This document shows positions 40,323-50,905 of a stretch of DNA of 64,000 bases, in pieces. The first letter of the stretch is position 1. The number at the start of each line of letters is the position of its first letter. This DNA comes from a virus, in IMG/VR virus record IMGVR_UViG_3300009151_000061, positions 8,424 to 72,423 of that record. One strand, given 5' to 3'. Under the pieces are notes generated by a model that saw only the letters and a list, made by a program, of their open reading frames with translations, did no database searches and was not told the DNA's origin. Position numbers and translations under genes: made by a program.

Positions 40323-40766
40323 TTGTTGAAACATTTAAAAACATTCGAATCCGCTCCAAGAAAACGAGAACTAACTACTGGACTAACTGAAAACGAATAC
40401 TATCAGAAGATTTCCGAATTTGCTTATGAAAAAGTAAAACATGAAGTTTGGAAACCCTTGATAAAATCCAGTATTCTAAGTCCCAAATCAGATGATGAAG
40501 TAGATGAATCTATTTCAAATCCTTTTACCCAACACGAACTAGAATATCTTGATAAAATAGGTAAGATAGAAATAACACCCCATAGAACTATTATTGTAAG
40601 GATGATATATGATTGGGGATTTATTTATATGATGAAACAACCAGATGATTGGTTCTATATCAAAATAAACTATAAAGATAACTATAGCTTCTTAGTTGAT
40701 AAATTTTGGAAGTGTGACCAGTTTGATGGACTTAAACATCTATTAAAAAACATAAGTATTAAATAA
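40323..40766 (+). CDS. hypothetical protein, LKHLKTFES N-terminus (TTG start)
   Basis: ORF track. Confidence 0.7.
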   Translation: MLKHLKTFESAPRKRELTTGLTENEYYQKISEFAYEKVKHEVWKPLIKSSILSPKSDDEVDESISNPFTQHELEYLDKIGKIEITPHRTIIVRMIYDWGFIYMMKQPDDWFYIKINYKDNYSFLVDKFWKCDQFDGLKHLLKNISIK

Positions 40767-40776
40767 TATATACATA

Positions 40777-41409
40777 ATGAAACATCTTAAATCATATCTT
40801 AAATACTTAGAATCTATTAAATTTGATCTAGCAATCGTTAATGTTGATATCAATGAATCATTAGGCATATACTATGAGAATATACTTAAATCTATTGGTG
40901 CTGAAGAAATAGATATGTTCGATACATTTAAACTACCTAAAGATGATTTCGAAAAGAAACTAAACCTAGATATACTTACCGCTAATCCAGAGTTTATTAA
41001 CTCACTAGCAAGTATTGGTCTAAAGAAGTCTAACCTAATGAATACGGAGGATTTCGAGACATTTGTTAATAAACCATCAAGATTTATGTTAATCTATCGT
41101 GTTGAAGCAAATGAACTAGAAAACCCTAACTATATTCTATTCCAATCATTTAATCAAACATTAAATAAGTGGGAAGATTGTAAGTTATTTAAGGTAAATG
41201 GAGATATTAAATCTTTTTATGATAAGTTATCTTCAAGAGTTATTGAGGTAGAAGATGGTGATAATAAGTATATTTATAATACATCTAATGGTAATGAGTG
41301 GACACTTCAAAATCCGGATAAAGCAAATGATATCTTCAAGAAGTATTTTAGAAAAGATGAATTTGAAAAGCTTATTAATGATAATAAAGTAAAGATTAAT
41401 ATTATATAA
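40777..41409 (+). CDS. hypothetical protein, MKHLKSYLKYLES N-terminus
   Basis: TAATATATA at 40764-40772. Confidence 0.75.
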   Translation: MKHLKSYLKYLESIKFDLAIVNVDINESLGIYYENILKSIGAEEIDMFDTFKLPKDDFEKKLNLDILTANPEFINSLASIGLKKSNLMNTEDFETFVNKPSRFMLIYRVEANELENPNYILFQSFNQTLNKWEDCKLFKVNGDIKSFYDKLSSRVIEVEDGDNKYIYNTSNGNEWTLQNPDKANDIFKKYFRKDEFEKLINDNKVKINII

Positions 41410-41957
41410 TGAAACACATAAGGAGGTTTAATGAATCAAAATCATTTTCATTAGAGGATGACTTGTATGTATTCTTTGATATCGATCCAGATGTTAAAGA
41501 GGAGACCAATGATTTACATTTTTTAATATTTGATAACCGTGAAGTAGAAAGAGTTAAAGATGATAAATTTAATCCTGAGGATCTTAATAAATATTTAAGT
41601 TCCTCTCGATTTAAAAACTTTGAATTTTTGTTTGATCTAACAGATGACGGTAGAATAGTAATTCTATTGGTTACCAAAATATTTGTATCTCAACATCAAA
41701 ACTTATTACTTAGAAACCTTAAAGAAGAAGATCATCCATTAAAAATTCAATTTGATGAATATCGCTCTGTATCTGGTATGTCTGAAATTTATAACGACGC
41801 TAAAATCTATAAAGGATTACCGAGTCATTGTTCTCTAGTCAAAGGATTAAACTATGATAAATCTTATGAGTTTTGGAATCATGAAACAATGGATGATCCT
41901 ATGTATATAGATACTAAAACCGAGTTACAATATGTGATATTTAAATCATCTATTTAA
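41409..41957 (+). CDS. hypothetical protein, MKHIRRFNES N-terminus
   Basis: ORF track. Confidence 0.7.
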   Translation: MKHIRRFNESKSFSLEDDLYVFFDIDPDVKEETNDLHFLIFDNREVERVKDDKFNPEDLNKYLSSSRFKNFEFLFDLTDDGRIVILLVTKIFVSQHQNLLLRNLKEEDHPLKIQFDEYRSVSGMSEIYNDAKIYKGLPSHCSLVKGLNYDKSYEFWNHETMDDPMYIDTKTELQYVIFKSSI

Positions 41958-42127
41958 GTATCTGTTTCTTTACTATTTACATAATCAAATAGTAACTTTT
42001 CTATAAGTTTTGATCTTTTATACCCTTTTTTAGTAGATATATCATCTACTTTTTTTAGTAAATTTTCATTTATGTTAATAGTCAATGAAGGCTTTTTCTC
42101 TTCTATAGATTTTCTATTTCTACCCAT
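41954..42127 (-). CDS. unlisted ribbon-helix-helix (CopG-like) protein, 57 aa
   Basis: Translated by hand: MGRNRKSIEEKKPSLTININENLLKKVDDISTKKGYKRSKLIEKLLFDYVNSKETDT. TAATATATA at 42134-42142 (-). Confidence 0.7.
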   Translation of the reverse strand: MGRNRKSIEEKKPSLTININENLLKKVDDISTKKGYKRSKLIEKLLFDYVNSKETDT

Positions 42128-42158
42128 ATCTATTATATATTAATTCATTATAAAAGTT

Positions 42159-42188
42159 ATAAAACTATGTCGAGGGACATAGTTTTAT
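42159..42188. promoter_or_regulatory. 13-bp inverted repeat, candidate RHH operator
   Basis: ataaaactatgtc-gagg-gacatagttttat between two divergent RHH genes. Confidence 0.5.
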
Positions 42189-42202
42189 TTTATATATATA
42201 CT

Positions 42203-42355
42203 ATGAAAAAGAAAAAGAAAATATCTGTTTCAATAAACAGATTTCTATTAGAAAAAATAGAAAAACTAACTACGAATAAAAGTAGACTAATAGAACAAAT
42301 CCTATTAGACTATCTAAATAAATCGGGAATAAAAACAGATGATATTATACTATGA
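42203..42355 (+). CDS. ribbon-helix-helix protein
   Basis: KKISVSINRFLLEKIE...NKSRLIEQILLDYL; start moved to ATG 42203. Confidence 0.7.
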   Translation: MKKKKKISVSINRFLLEKIEKLTTNKSRLIEQILLDYLNKSGIKTDDIIL

Positions 42356-43023
42356 TATACAAAACTTGTAAAGTATGTAAAATAAACAAAGATATAAATG
42401 ACTTTACCAAATGTAAAGAGTGTAGAGATGGATATACAAATCAATGTAAGAAATGTATATATGATAAACTAAGATCTCGAATAGAAAGTGATAGAGAAAA
42501 ATTTAACAAAAAAGCTAGAAATTGGAGGCAAAATCCAGCAGCTAAGGGTAAAATATCCAAATATAACAAATCATATGGTGAAAAAAATAAGGATTTGAAT
42601 AAAATTAGAAGAAAAAAATATACAGAAGAAAATAGAGATAAAATTAGAGAATACAATAATCAATATACAAAGGAACGTATGTTGAATGACCCTATTTTTA
42701 AATTAAAAAAGACCATAAGATCTAGAATTAAAGAAGTGTTTGATAGTAAACAATATACAAAAAAATCAAAAACACATGAAATACTCGGATGTTCATATGA
42801 TGAACTAATGGTCTATTTAGAATCCAAATTTGAACCATGGATGACTTGGGAAAATAAAGGGTTGTATAATGGAGAACTAAATTATGGATGGGATATAGAT
42901 CATATAATACCTTTATCTTCAGCTAAAACTGAAGAAGATATTATCAAATTAAATCATTATACTAATCTACAACCACTATGTAGTAAAATTAATAGAGATA
43001 TTAAAAAAGATAGAATTACCTGA
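42352..43023 (+). mobile_element. free-standing HNH-type homing endonuclease (paralog of 21121-21804)
   Basis: Shares YLESKFExWMxWEN...GELNYGWDxDHIIPL...DIIKLNHYTNLQPLCS. Confidence 0.8.
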
Positions 43024-43648
43024 GTATCTGTCTCTTTATATAATGTAAAATGATAATCTCCTTTTCATTGATATTATTACATTTAGCCCAGTTAAAAACA
43101 TATGTATTCTCAAGGAATTGAGACTTGGTTTTTATAGTAGAGATTTCATCCTTTATTAGATTAGTTTCCTCTTCACTTATATCATATGGTATTCCTAACT
43201 TATCACATATCGTTAGTATTGGTAATAGACTATCATTATCATATGCCTTAGTTGCTTCCATATAAAGTTCTTTCAAATAGAAGTCATTTACCTTATCAGG
43301 ATGAGTTGATTTAACTATATTTCTATATAAACTTTTAAGTTTTGGATCTTTAGGAACCGTCACTATTTCATAGTCTTCCATATTTGGTTTATATGAAATA
43401 GGTTCAGCTGTCTCGACCAATGTCTCGACTATTGGATCGTTATTAGTTGGGATACTAACTTCAGACACTTTTGTCTTCTCATCAAAAAGGTTTTTTAACT
43501 CTGGATGTCCTTCTAAGAATATATTAACGTCTCTTATAAACTCGGCGTCGGCTCCGACAAGAAGCTCTGACTTATAATCATAATCAGATTTAACAAAATC
43601 TAACTCTTTAATTAAACGGTGTATTTCTAGTTTGCGAATATGTTCCAC
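43016..43648 (-). CDS. J-domain (DnaJ-like) protein
   Basis: LKSLYRNIVKSTHPDK...ATKAY. Confidence 0.75.
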   Translation of the reverse strand: MEHIRKLEIHRLIKELDFVKSDYDYKSELLVGADAEFIRDVNIFLEGHPELKNLFDEKTKVSEVSIPTNNDPIVETLVETAEPISYKPNMEDYEIVTVPKDPKLKSLYRNIVKSTHPDKVNDFYLKELYMEATKAYDNDSLLPILTICDKLGIPYDISEEETNLIKDEISTIKTKSQFLENTYVFNWAKCNNINEKEIIILHYIKRQILR

Positions 43649-43703
43649 TTACATATATATCATAAAGTATCCTTTTTGATTAAAAAAATTTAATATATAC
43701 TTT

Positions 43704-44264
43704 ATGAAAAATTTTACAATAGAAGAATTAGTAGAGTTAAGAACTAAGATGATCCTTGAGAAAAAGGATACTACAAGTATCAACTTACTTATTGAATCTA
43801 AAGAAATGGAGTATTCTCAATATATTAAAGAAGACGGTGCTACTGGTGGTCCTTCTGGATCTGTTAATGCTGCATCAGTTGGATATGGTGGTGGTGGAGT
43901 TGCTTATGCTAATGCTGCTACTGGTGGTATGGGTGCTATAACAGCTGCTCAACCAGCTAACACGGCTGGTGTTACTACAGAACCGGGTTATACATCAGGT
44001 GGTGGGAAAACTGGCTCTGGTGATATAGGAGTTCCTTATAATGCTGGCGGAACTAAAGTATTTCAAAAAGTACCAGCTGATAATAGAACCGGTGCTTCTA
44101 CTAATAGGAGAAGAAAGAATAAAATATTAGCTGGACTTAAAAGTGTATTTGCTAAAAGACAAGACTTCACTGCTAGTCAGGGCAAAAGAACTTCACCAAA
44201 AGTTATGAACTTTGGAGACTTTCAAAAAGATAAAATAAATACCGTAACAAAAGTAGATCAATAA
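43704..44264 (+). CDS. Gly/Ala-rich late protein
   Basis: TAATATATA at 43691-43699; IKEDG followed by a Gly-rich tract. Confidence 0.7.
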   Translation: MKNFTIEELVELRTKMILEKKDTTSINLLIESKEMEYSQYIKEDGATGGPSGSVNAASVGYGGGGVAYANAATGGMGAITAAQPANTAGVTTEPGYTSGGGKTGSGDIGVPYNAGGTKVFQKVPADNRTGASTNRRRKNKILAGLKSVFAKRQDFTASQGKRTSPKVMNFGDFQKDKINTVTKVDQ

Positions 44265-44265
44265 T

Positions 44266-44715
44266 ATGAAACACATTAAGAGATTTAACACATTAAATGA
44301 GGCGTCTTCAACACCCCCACCAATAGATCCAAGAATCAGAAGGGAAAAGCAAGACACCGAAGTTAGAAATAAACAAATGGTTACTAGAGAGTGGCTTGAG
44401 AATCATCCCTTTGATGGTGTTGAAAGCATAAGTGCTAACTCACACTTTGTGACTATTAATTTTGATAGAGGTTATATTAGCATATCTAATCTAAAAGAAA
44501 ACTTCTATAACCCAAGTGGTGCCAAATCATATAAGATGAAGGAAAAAGAATCTGTATCTTCTAATCTAACATCGGATAAATGGAGAGAATTGATTAGTAA
44601 AAAAGATGAGTTCCTCTCATGGGTAGATAAGTTACTTATCTTCTGTGATATGGATAGACAAGCAATGAGACAACTATTAGTATTAATGTCTGAAAAAGAA
44701 AGAAATAATTGGTAA
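44266..44715 (+). CDS. hypothetical protein, MKHIKRFNTLNEA N-terminus
   Basis: ORF track. Confidence 0.7.
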   Translation: MKHIKRFNTLNEASSTPPPIDPRIRREKQDTEVRNKQMVTREWLENHPFDGVESISANSHFVTINFDRGYISISNLKENFYNPSGAKSYKMKEKESVSSNLTSDKWRELISKKDEFLSWVDKLLIFCDMDRQAMRQLLVLMSEKERNNW

Positions 44716-44716
44716 G

Positions 44717-45133
44717 TTATTCAAATAACTTACCAATTTTTTTGTCCCTATCCGTTTGAGTTATTATACCTTTAATAATTGGAGTCTTTTCCAATTCAAT
44801 AATAGTATGATATATTCTAAAATATCCTGGTTGGTGTTCCAACACATATGGGATTTTTAATAAGTCAAAATCAGGATGTTCTAATATACAATATTCTTTT
44901 ATAGCTTCCATTCTAGCATCTTCCCAACTCATATCGTTATCAAGATTCCCAATTAACTTACCGATTATTGGAGTAAGGTGTTCCATATTAATTATATTTA
45001 TAGTATTCCCCTTGAGATTCCAACTGGTAAATACCATTTTTATTTCTTTAAGCGGGTAAGTGTTGTTAGGATCTTTAATCGACCATTCACCGGGTCCGAT
45101 AGTTCCCGCATTTGCTTTGTATATTGGTTCCAT
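44717..45133 (-). CDS. hypothetical protein with C-terminal RDKKIGKLFE
   Basis: ORF track. Confidence 0.7.
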   Translation of the reverse strand: MEPIYKANAGTIGPGEWSIKDPNNTYPLKEIKMVFTSWNLKGNTINIINMEHLTPIIGKLIGNLDNDMSWEDARMEAIKEYCILEHPDFDLLKIPYVLEHQPGYFRIYHTIIELEKTPIIKGIITQTDRDKKIGKLFE

Positions 45134-45138
45134 ATCAT

Positions 45139-45169
45139 TTATAAACTTATAATAATATTTTGTTTATAA
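45139..45169. promoter_or_regulatory. interleaved divergent AAAC-N18-TATAA promoters
   Basis: Plus-strand copy 45143-45169, minus-strand copy 45139-45165. Confidence 0.55.
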
Positions 45170-45187
45170 TAATAAAAATATTTTAAT

Positions 45188-45721
45188 ATGCCAAATACCA
45201 AAAAGGAGAAGATGATTATCCTAGGTGCTAGTGGTAGTGGTAAGGATTTTCTACTTCGTGAGTTAGTTAAAAAAAGTCTTAGATACTCACCAAAATTCAC
45301 CACACGACCTAGAAGATCTCTAGAAAGAGAAGGCATTGATTATAATTATATTAACAACGATAAGTTCCTAACGATGAAAGATAAGGGAGAAGTTAAAGTT
45401 TATCAAAGCTTTCCAATCGGAAATGAGATATGGTACTATGGTATAACTAAAGAGAACTTCAATGATAATCAAGTATTCATAATGACTCCACATGAGTTAT
45501 CACAATTGTCTGAAATTGATAGAGCTGGTATATTCATAGTTTATTTAGATATACCAGAAGATGTCAGAAGAAAAAGAATATCTAACCGTAGTGATAATAA
45601 CGACTCGGTTGAACGCCGAATAAGAGCAGATGAATTAGACTTCGAGGGATTTAATACTTATGACTTAAAGATAACTGATCCGGAATTTGATGCAGATTCT
45701 CTTTATGAGTTAATGGATTAA
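45188..45721 (+). CDS. gmk: guanylate kinase
   Basis: GASGSGKD, TTRPRR...EGIDYNYI, WYYG. Confidence 0.9.
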   Translation: MPNTKKEKMIILGASGSGKDFLLRELVKKSLRYSPKFTTRPRRSLEREGIDYNYINNDKFLTMKDKGEVKVYQSFPIGNEIWYYGITKENFNDNQVFIMTPHELSQLSEIDRAGIFIVYLDIPEDVRRKRISNRSDNNDSVERRIRADELDFEGFNTYDLKITDPEFDADSLYELMD

Positions 45722-45722
45722 T

Positions 45723-46784
45723 CTATAATGATTTTTTATACTCACTTTCCCATATAGAAACTATATTATATCCTTTATTGATAAGGTTTTTTTCCTTATT
45801 AAGAGTTTTCTTATATAGATACCCAAATGTTGAATTGGTGAGGGGATTTATATTATTTGGATTGTAAATATTTGGATTACCATGCCAAAAATCACCATTG
45901 AACTCATAAATTGTATTTGTTAATGGATCATATCCATCAACAATATATTTACCTATTTTATATTGTCTATGCTCATTTTTGATACTTAATGAGTCTAACC
46001 ATTCTGTCTCTAATTTAGAAATCGATATTTCAGATCCACAAGATTTACATCCGAATCCACGTATATGATCATTTGCTATTTGTTTAAATATACCATGTTT
46101 GGGACAAATTATTTCAAGTTTTAATTTAGATGATTCATATTTTGTTATTGAGTAGTCATATTTATTATTATGTACCATATTAGAATAATCAATAAATTCA
46201 ATTGTTGATCGCTTTCTATTTTTTAATGAACATTTAAAACATCCAAACCCTCTCAAATGTTGACTAGCGGTTTGTTCAAACAATCCATGTTCTTTGCATA
46301 TTATTTTAATCTTTGAATGAGATCCTTTATATATTGATTGAGAGTAATCATACTTATTTTTATGTTTATTTTTGCAAATTTCGATGAAGTTATCTGTTGT
46401 TATTTTTTTACACAAAGGGCAACCTTGTCCTCTTAAATGGTTTTTTGGTGATTTCTCAAACACTCCATGTTTTTCACATATAATTTTAACCTTATTGTGT
46501 GTAGTGGAATAACATACCATTGAGTAATCATATTTATTATTGTGTATTGTATTAGATGATTCAACAAATTTTAAAACAGATGTTCTTCTATTATCATTTT
46601 TGCATTTTTTGCAAGAGTTTCCAATTAAATGTGAACCAACTCTCTGTTTAAAAATTCCATGAGTTGGACATATTATACACACAATTGAATCATTATTTGT
46701 AAAATATACAAGAGAATAATCATACTTATTATTATGGATATCATTTGACCTTTCGATAAATTCTGATAATACTATTTTTTTCAT
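45723..46784 (-). mobile_element. putative homing endonuclease: repeated Zn-ribbon (DUF723-like) units plus Vsr/DUF559-like nuclease domain
   Basis: Four H.NKYDYS...IIC..HG.F.....H..G..C..C units; VDGYD...YEFNGDFWHG. Start moved to ATG 46784, 4 nt from TAATATATA. Confidence 0.75.
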
Positions 46785-46830
46785 ATTGTATATATTAAAA
46801 TCCAACCCATTACTTTGTCCATTATAATTT

Positions 46831-47562
46831 TTATGGTTCTGTAAAAATTTTATTACCATCTGTGAACTTTAATCCCTTTAACTGTCCATTAATGGAGTTA
46901 CAAATATGCTCACTGTTACTAATAGTATTTTCTAATATTGAAAGCATTATATTCAATATAGAATATATTTTTAATAAATTCTTTTCAGAAGTATAAAACT
47001 GACTATCACAAACACCACTTATTAAATCTATTGTAAGTGATATTATATCATTATTCTTTATCTTCATCTTCTCAATAACTATCTTAGGTATTCCACTATT
47101 TTCCATTTCCCTTTCATAGTCGTAGATAGTATCATTAATAAGAGTTAATAATGAGTTCCAAAGAGTAGGATCATCCATAGTCTCAAACTTTTTATCATCA
47201 ACATATTTCTTAATATTTTCTTTGTGCTTTTTTAGATAAATAGATAAGTATTTTCTAAACACAACAGTTCTATACTCAGTTGAAAACTGAATAGTTGGGA
47301 CTCTTGAATACATCCAAAAGTCAATATACTTAAAGATTTCATGGTTTAATATATCGGATTCTGTTATAGTTCTAATATTAACAGTCTCCGTTTTTTTCTT
47401 CATTACTTTATCAAGAAAACGATCACTTATTTTAGTCATAAAACTATTGAACCATGTGGACTTAGTTAACATAAGGACAAGAGTATAAACTACACCAGCT
47501 AGTATAGTAACCATCACACTTTGACCCAAATGTTTTTCAAAATATTGAAATATATCTTTCAT
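46831..47562 (-). CDS. membrane-anchored late protein
   Basis: N-terminal hydrophobic helix; TAATATATA at 47568-47576 (-). Confidence 0.65.
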   Translation of the reverse strand: MKDIFQYFEKHLGQSVMVTILAGVVYTLVLMLTKSTWFNSFMTKISDRFLDKVMKKKTETVNIRTITESDILNHEIFKYIDFWMYSRVPTIQFSTEYRTVVFRKYLSIYLKKHKENIKKYVDDKKFETMDDPTLWNSLLTLINDTIYDYEREMENSGIPKIVIEKMKIKNNDIISLTIDLISGVCDSQFYTSEKNLLKIYSILNIMLSILENTISNSEHICNSINGQLKGLKFTDGNKIFTEP

Positions 47563-47644
47563 ATTAATATATATTAAAATTGTAGACCAATTTTAATTAA
47601 GAGCTTAGAATTTTAATATATATTCAAGAAACATAATATATCAC

Positions 47645-49366
47645 ATGAATTTAACCGAGTTAAGTTTTAGTAAAGTAAAAACACAAATAGAATCATTTCT
47701 ACAACAGGAGTATTCCAAGTCGGGAATACTGTATTCTAATGCTAGTCCATATGGACAGATACTATCTGTCGTTGAAAACTTATATCAATTATCTTTTCTT
47801 TATCTAAAGAATAGTATTAAGCAATATGACTTGTCTAACTACAACTCACTTAACTCCAGAATAATCAGAAACGCTGCCATATTCGCTGGACATATTCCGG
47901 GTAGGAATATAAGCGCAACCGGAACGTTAAAGTTTACGCTAAAAACATCAGCTGATCCTTCAACTGATATACCCGGCTCAAGACTAACATTAATAAATCA
48001 TCAAACTCTAAAAAATAAAACCAATGGTTTATTCTATTCAATAAATTTAGGAACAGATAAACAATCTTATAAGATATCAACCAATTCAGTATTCTATGTG
48101 AATATTATTCAAGGTCAGTGGGAGATAACAACATTTACAGGCACGGGACAAGAAAATCAGACATATCAAATATCATTAAGAGGTAATCAAAAAGATGTAG
48201 AACAATTTAACTATTTAGTTCTTGTAAATGGTCAATATTGGACTGTTAAAAAGGGTATATATGATATGTTACCTGACGAACAAGCTTGTGTTATTAGAAC
48301 AGGATTTGACGGTGGCATTGATGTTATATTTGGTAACTCTGGTTTTGGAGCTATCCCACCAATTGGATCGGTTATTAAAGTAAACTATTTGGTAAGCGAT
48401 GGTTCTGTTGGATCTATATTTAGAAGGACATTAAATGACTGGACTTTTGTAGACCCAGCAACTGATGGATTTGGTAATACCATAGATTTATCTAAATACT
48501 TTGATGTATCCATCTATACTGATATTAACTTTGGTGCTGATAAGGAAACAACCACTTTTACCAAGAATGTTTTACCAATAGTAAGTACCAATTTTGTACT
48601 AGGACTTCCTCAACAATATGCTTATGCGATTAAAAGACTAGGAGTATTCTCTTATGTAAATGCTTATGAATCATATGGTACTGTTTATATAGTTGCTGCA
48701 CCAAATGTATTGCTATTCAAGAATGCTAACTCTGATTACTTCACAATAGATATTAGAGCTTTTGAACTTGATTCATATGAAATATCTAAAATAGACTTGT
48801 ATTTAAGAACTGGTGGTAATATTTTATTATCACAGAGATATCAAATAAGCTCACCTACCTTATCTTATTATGTAATGAATGTATTTGTTATAACTTACTC
48901 CGATGCTCAAATGGACTCGGTTAATGCTCAAATACAAGAAGTCGTGTCTAACTACTTTTTGAATTTTACTAGATTGGATAGAGTACCTAAAAGTGACCTA
49001 GTACAGTTAATATCACAGATAAATGAGATATACTCAGTTGATGTATCTTTTATCAGTAAGAAGAATGAAGACTACCACATTAGGAATATAACAGCTGATA
49101 CAAATAGATATAACCAATATACTTCAAAAGCTGCTTTGAAACTGGTAAGACCTAACCCAACATATAACAAGAGTGAATCATTGGGATTAGATCCAATACT
49201 AGGAGATATTATTTTTAAACCAAGTGAGATACCTGTTATTAGAGGTGGTTGGTCAGATAGAAATGGTATATACTATTCAGATCATATAGATGATTCTGGA
49301 CTAAAGTCACTTAATATAATAAATAAGGGAACTATTGACGCTAATAATAGACCACAAATACAATAA
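47645..49366 (+). CDS. baseplate wedge subunit (T4 gp6-like)
   Basis: Gp6-like layout: GHIPGRNISA, IIQG, VIFGNSGFGAIPPIGSVIKVNYLVSDG, FGADKE. TAATATATA at 47614-47622. Confidence 0.75.
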   Translation: MNLTELSFSKVKTQIESFLQQEYSKSGILYSNASPYGQILSVVENLYQLSFLYLKNSIKQYDLSNYNSLNSRIIRNAAIFAGHIPGRNISATGTLKFTLKTSADPSTDIPGSRLTLINHQTLKNKTNGLFYSINLGTDKQSYKISTNSVFYVNIIQGQWEITTFTGTGQENQTYQISLRGNQKDVEQFNYLVLVNGQYWTVKKGIYDMLPDEQACVIRTGFDGGIDVIFGNSGFGAIPPIGSVIKVNYLVSDGSVGSIFRRTLNDWTFVDPATDGFGNTIDLSKYFDVSIYTDINFGADKETTTFTKNVLPIVSTNFVLGLPQQYAYAIKRLGVFSYVNAYESYGTVYIVAAPNVLLFKNANSDYFTIDIRAFELDSYEISKIDLYLRTGGNILLSQRYQISSPTLSYYVMNVFVITYSDAQMDSVNAQIQEVVSNYFLNFTRLDRVPKSDLVQLISQINEIYSVDVSFISKKNEDYHIRNITADTNRYNQYTSKAALKLVRPNPTYNKSESLGLDPILGDIIFKPSEIPVIRGGWSDRNGIYYSDHIDDSGLKSLNIINKGTIDANNRPQIQ

Positions 49367-49372
49367 TAAAAT

Positions 49373-49627
49373 ATGTACTACGAAGAACAATCACTACCAG
49401 AGTTACACACTCTGAAACATAGATGGGATGATGATAAGAACTATGTTGATTATGAAAATAAAATACTTAATAATACTTTATCTCCGTTTATTTTCTCAAG
49501 TGATCTAATGAATAGTTTTTTACAGAAGTTACAGAGACCGGTATCTATACTTTTTGATAACTTTAACATCATTAAGAACTTTAAAAACTATAATGTAGAT
49601 AAATACTATTATAAACATAAGCATTAA
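49373..49627 (+). CDS. hypothetical protein, possibly baseplate-associated
   Basis: Directly follows the gp6-like gene. Confidence 0.6.
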   Translation: MYYEEQSLPELHTLKHRWDDDKNYVDYENKILNNTLSPFIFSSDLMNSFLQKLQRPVSILFDNFNIIKNFKNYNVDKYYYKHKH

Positions 49628-49698
49628 TTTAAAAAAAGATAAAAAACCAGATTGATTCTTTAATATATAAGTATATTAAGATAAAAGATAAAAAACCT

Positions 49699-50319
49699 AT
49701 GATTAAAAAGTTTTCAGAAATGAGTGGACCTAACCCAGGTAAAGAGTCAACTAAGAAGCCAGCTTCTAGTCCAGTTCAACCTGATGTAGACTCAGATAGA
49801 CCTATGAACCCCAACCTTCCTTATAACAAGGAAAAGGTTGAGAAGCCTATGTCTACAAAGTATATGATGCCGAATGCTGATACTGATCCACAAGAACCGT
49901 TTAGTGATATTAAGGTTGCTAAAAAAGATGATACTAATGAAAATGTAAAATTCTATGGTAAAGTTGCTAAACTTCCTAAGGGAACAAAAGCTTCTAAAGG
50001 ATATAATTTCTTAGAGAATGTAAAGGTATCTAAATCTTCTATCTGGTATTTAATGGTTGAGAAACAAGACAACGAACTTCAAATGGTTAAGTATAATCAT
50101 AAGAAAGGTGTTAACCTTAGTGAGTTTGTAACTGATTTGAAAACATATTATATATCTAAGTATAAGAGCAATCCAAAGGTTTGTAAAATGATCGAAGCAA
50201 TCGAGGTTGATGGTAACGATAAATACTCTTGGATTAAAAATATTCCACTGGTTGAAGTTGAAGGAAAGAAAATGATTTCTAAAATCACCGAAGACTTAAT
50301 AAAACTTTTAAGTAAATAA
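49699..50319 (+). CDS. hypothetical protein, MIKKFSE N-terminus
   Basis: TAATATATA at 49661-49669. Confidence 0.7.
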   Translation: MIKKFSEMSGPNPGKESTKKPASSPVQPDVDSDRPMNPNLPYNKEKVEKPMSTKYMMPNADTDPQEPFSDIKVAKKDDTNENVKFYGKVAKLPKGTKASKGYNFLENVKVSKSSIWYLMVEKQDNELQMVKYNHKKGVNLSEFVTDLKTYYISKYKSNPKVCKMIEAIEVDGNDKYSWIKNIPLVEVEGKKMISKITEDLIKLLSK

Positions 50320-50561
50320 TGAAACATTTAAGAAAGATAAATGAAAATAGAGAAGATATAGTAAATTCATCTTTTCACTTCCTAATCCACTCTGGTGGAC
50401 ACAAATTGTGGCAAGATAAATTCAACAAAGGAATCGAATTTTTAAAATCTCTTAATCTTACAGATGAACAATATAAGGAGTTGGGAAAATTATGGGAAAC
50501 CTACGAAGATTTTGTAATAGAAAGGGAAGACACTAAGGACGCATACAATGAAGAATATTAA
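50319..50561 (+). CDS. hypothetical protein, MKHLRKINEN N-terminus
   Basis: ORF track. Confidence 0.7.
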   Translation: MKHLRKINENREDIVNSSFHFLIHSGGHKLWQDKFNKGIEFLKSLNLTDEQYKELGKLWETYEDFVIEREDTKDAYNEEY

Positions 50562-50589
50562 AAAGACTCAGATTACTCTGAGTCTTTTT
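50560..50589. terminator. bidirectional intrinsic terminator
   Basis: aaaaagactcaga-ttac-tctgagtcttttt. Confidence 0.8.
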
Positions 50590-50905
50590 CATTTAATAAA
50601 TCATTTAACTTTTCTTCTCTTTCCCTTGATGTAGAATAATACTCTATACGAATCTGTGTTATCCTACCCATTCTTTTATTATCTGGAATCGGTATAGTAC
50701 TTGGGAATGTTATTTTTAAGACTTGTGTTGGTACATTATAATGAAATCCACACATATACTCCCAATCATCCTCAATAATAGCATATACTGATGATATACT
50801 ATTTGCATCTATATTAATGACGCTCTTGACTCCATGTGAGTATATCCCAGAGTATGGACTCCAAGTAAGATAATCATAATCAATATAGTCTTTATATAGT
50901 TTCAT
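50573..50905 (-). CDS. hypothetical protein with REEKLNDLL motif
   Basis: ORF track. Confidence 0.7.
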   Translation of the reverse strand: MKLYKDYIDYDYLTWSPYSGIYSHGVKSVINIDANSISSVYAIIEDDWEYMCGFHYNVPTQVLKITFPSTIPIPDNKRMGRITQIRIEYYSTSREREEKLNDLLNEKDSE

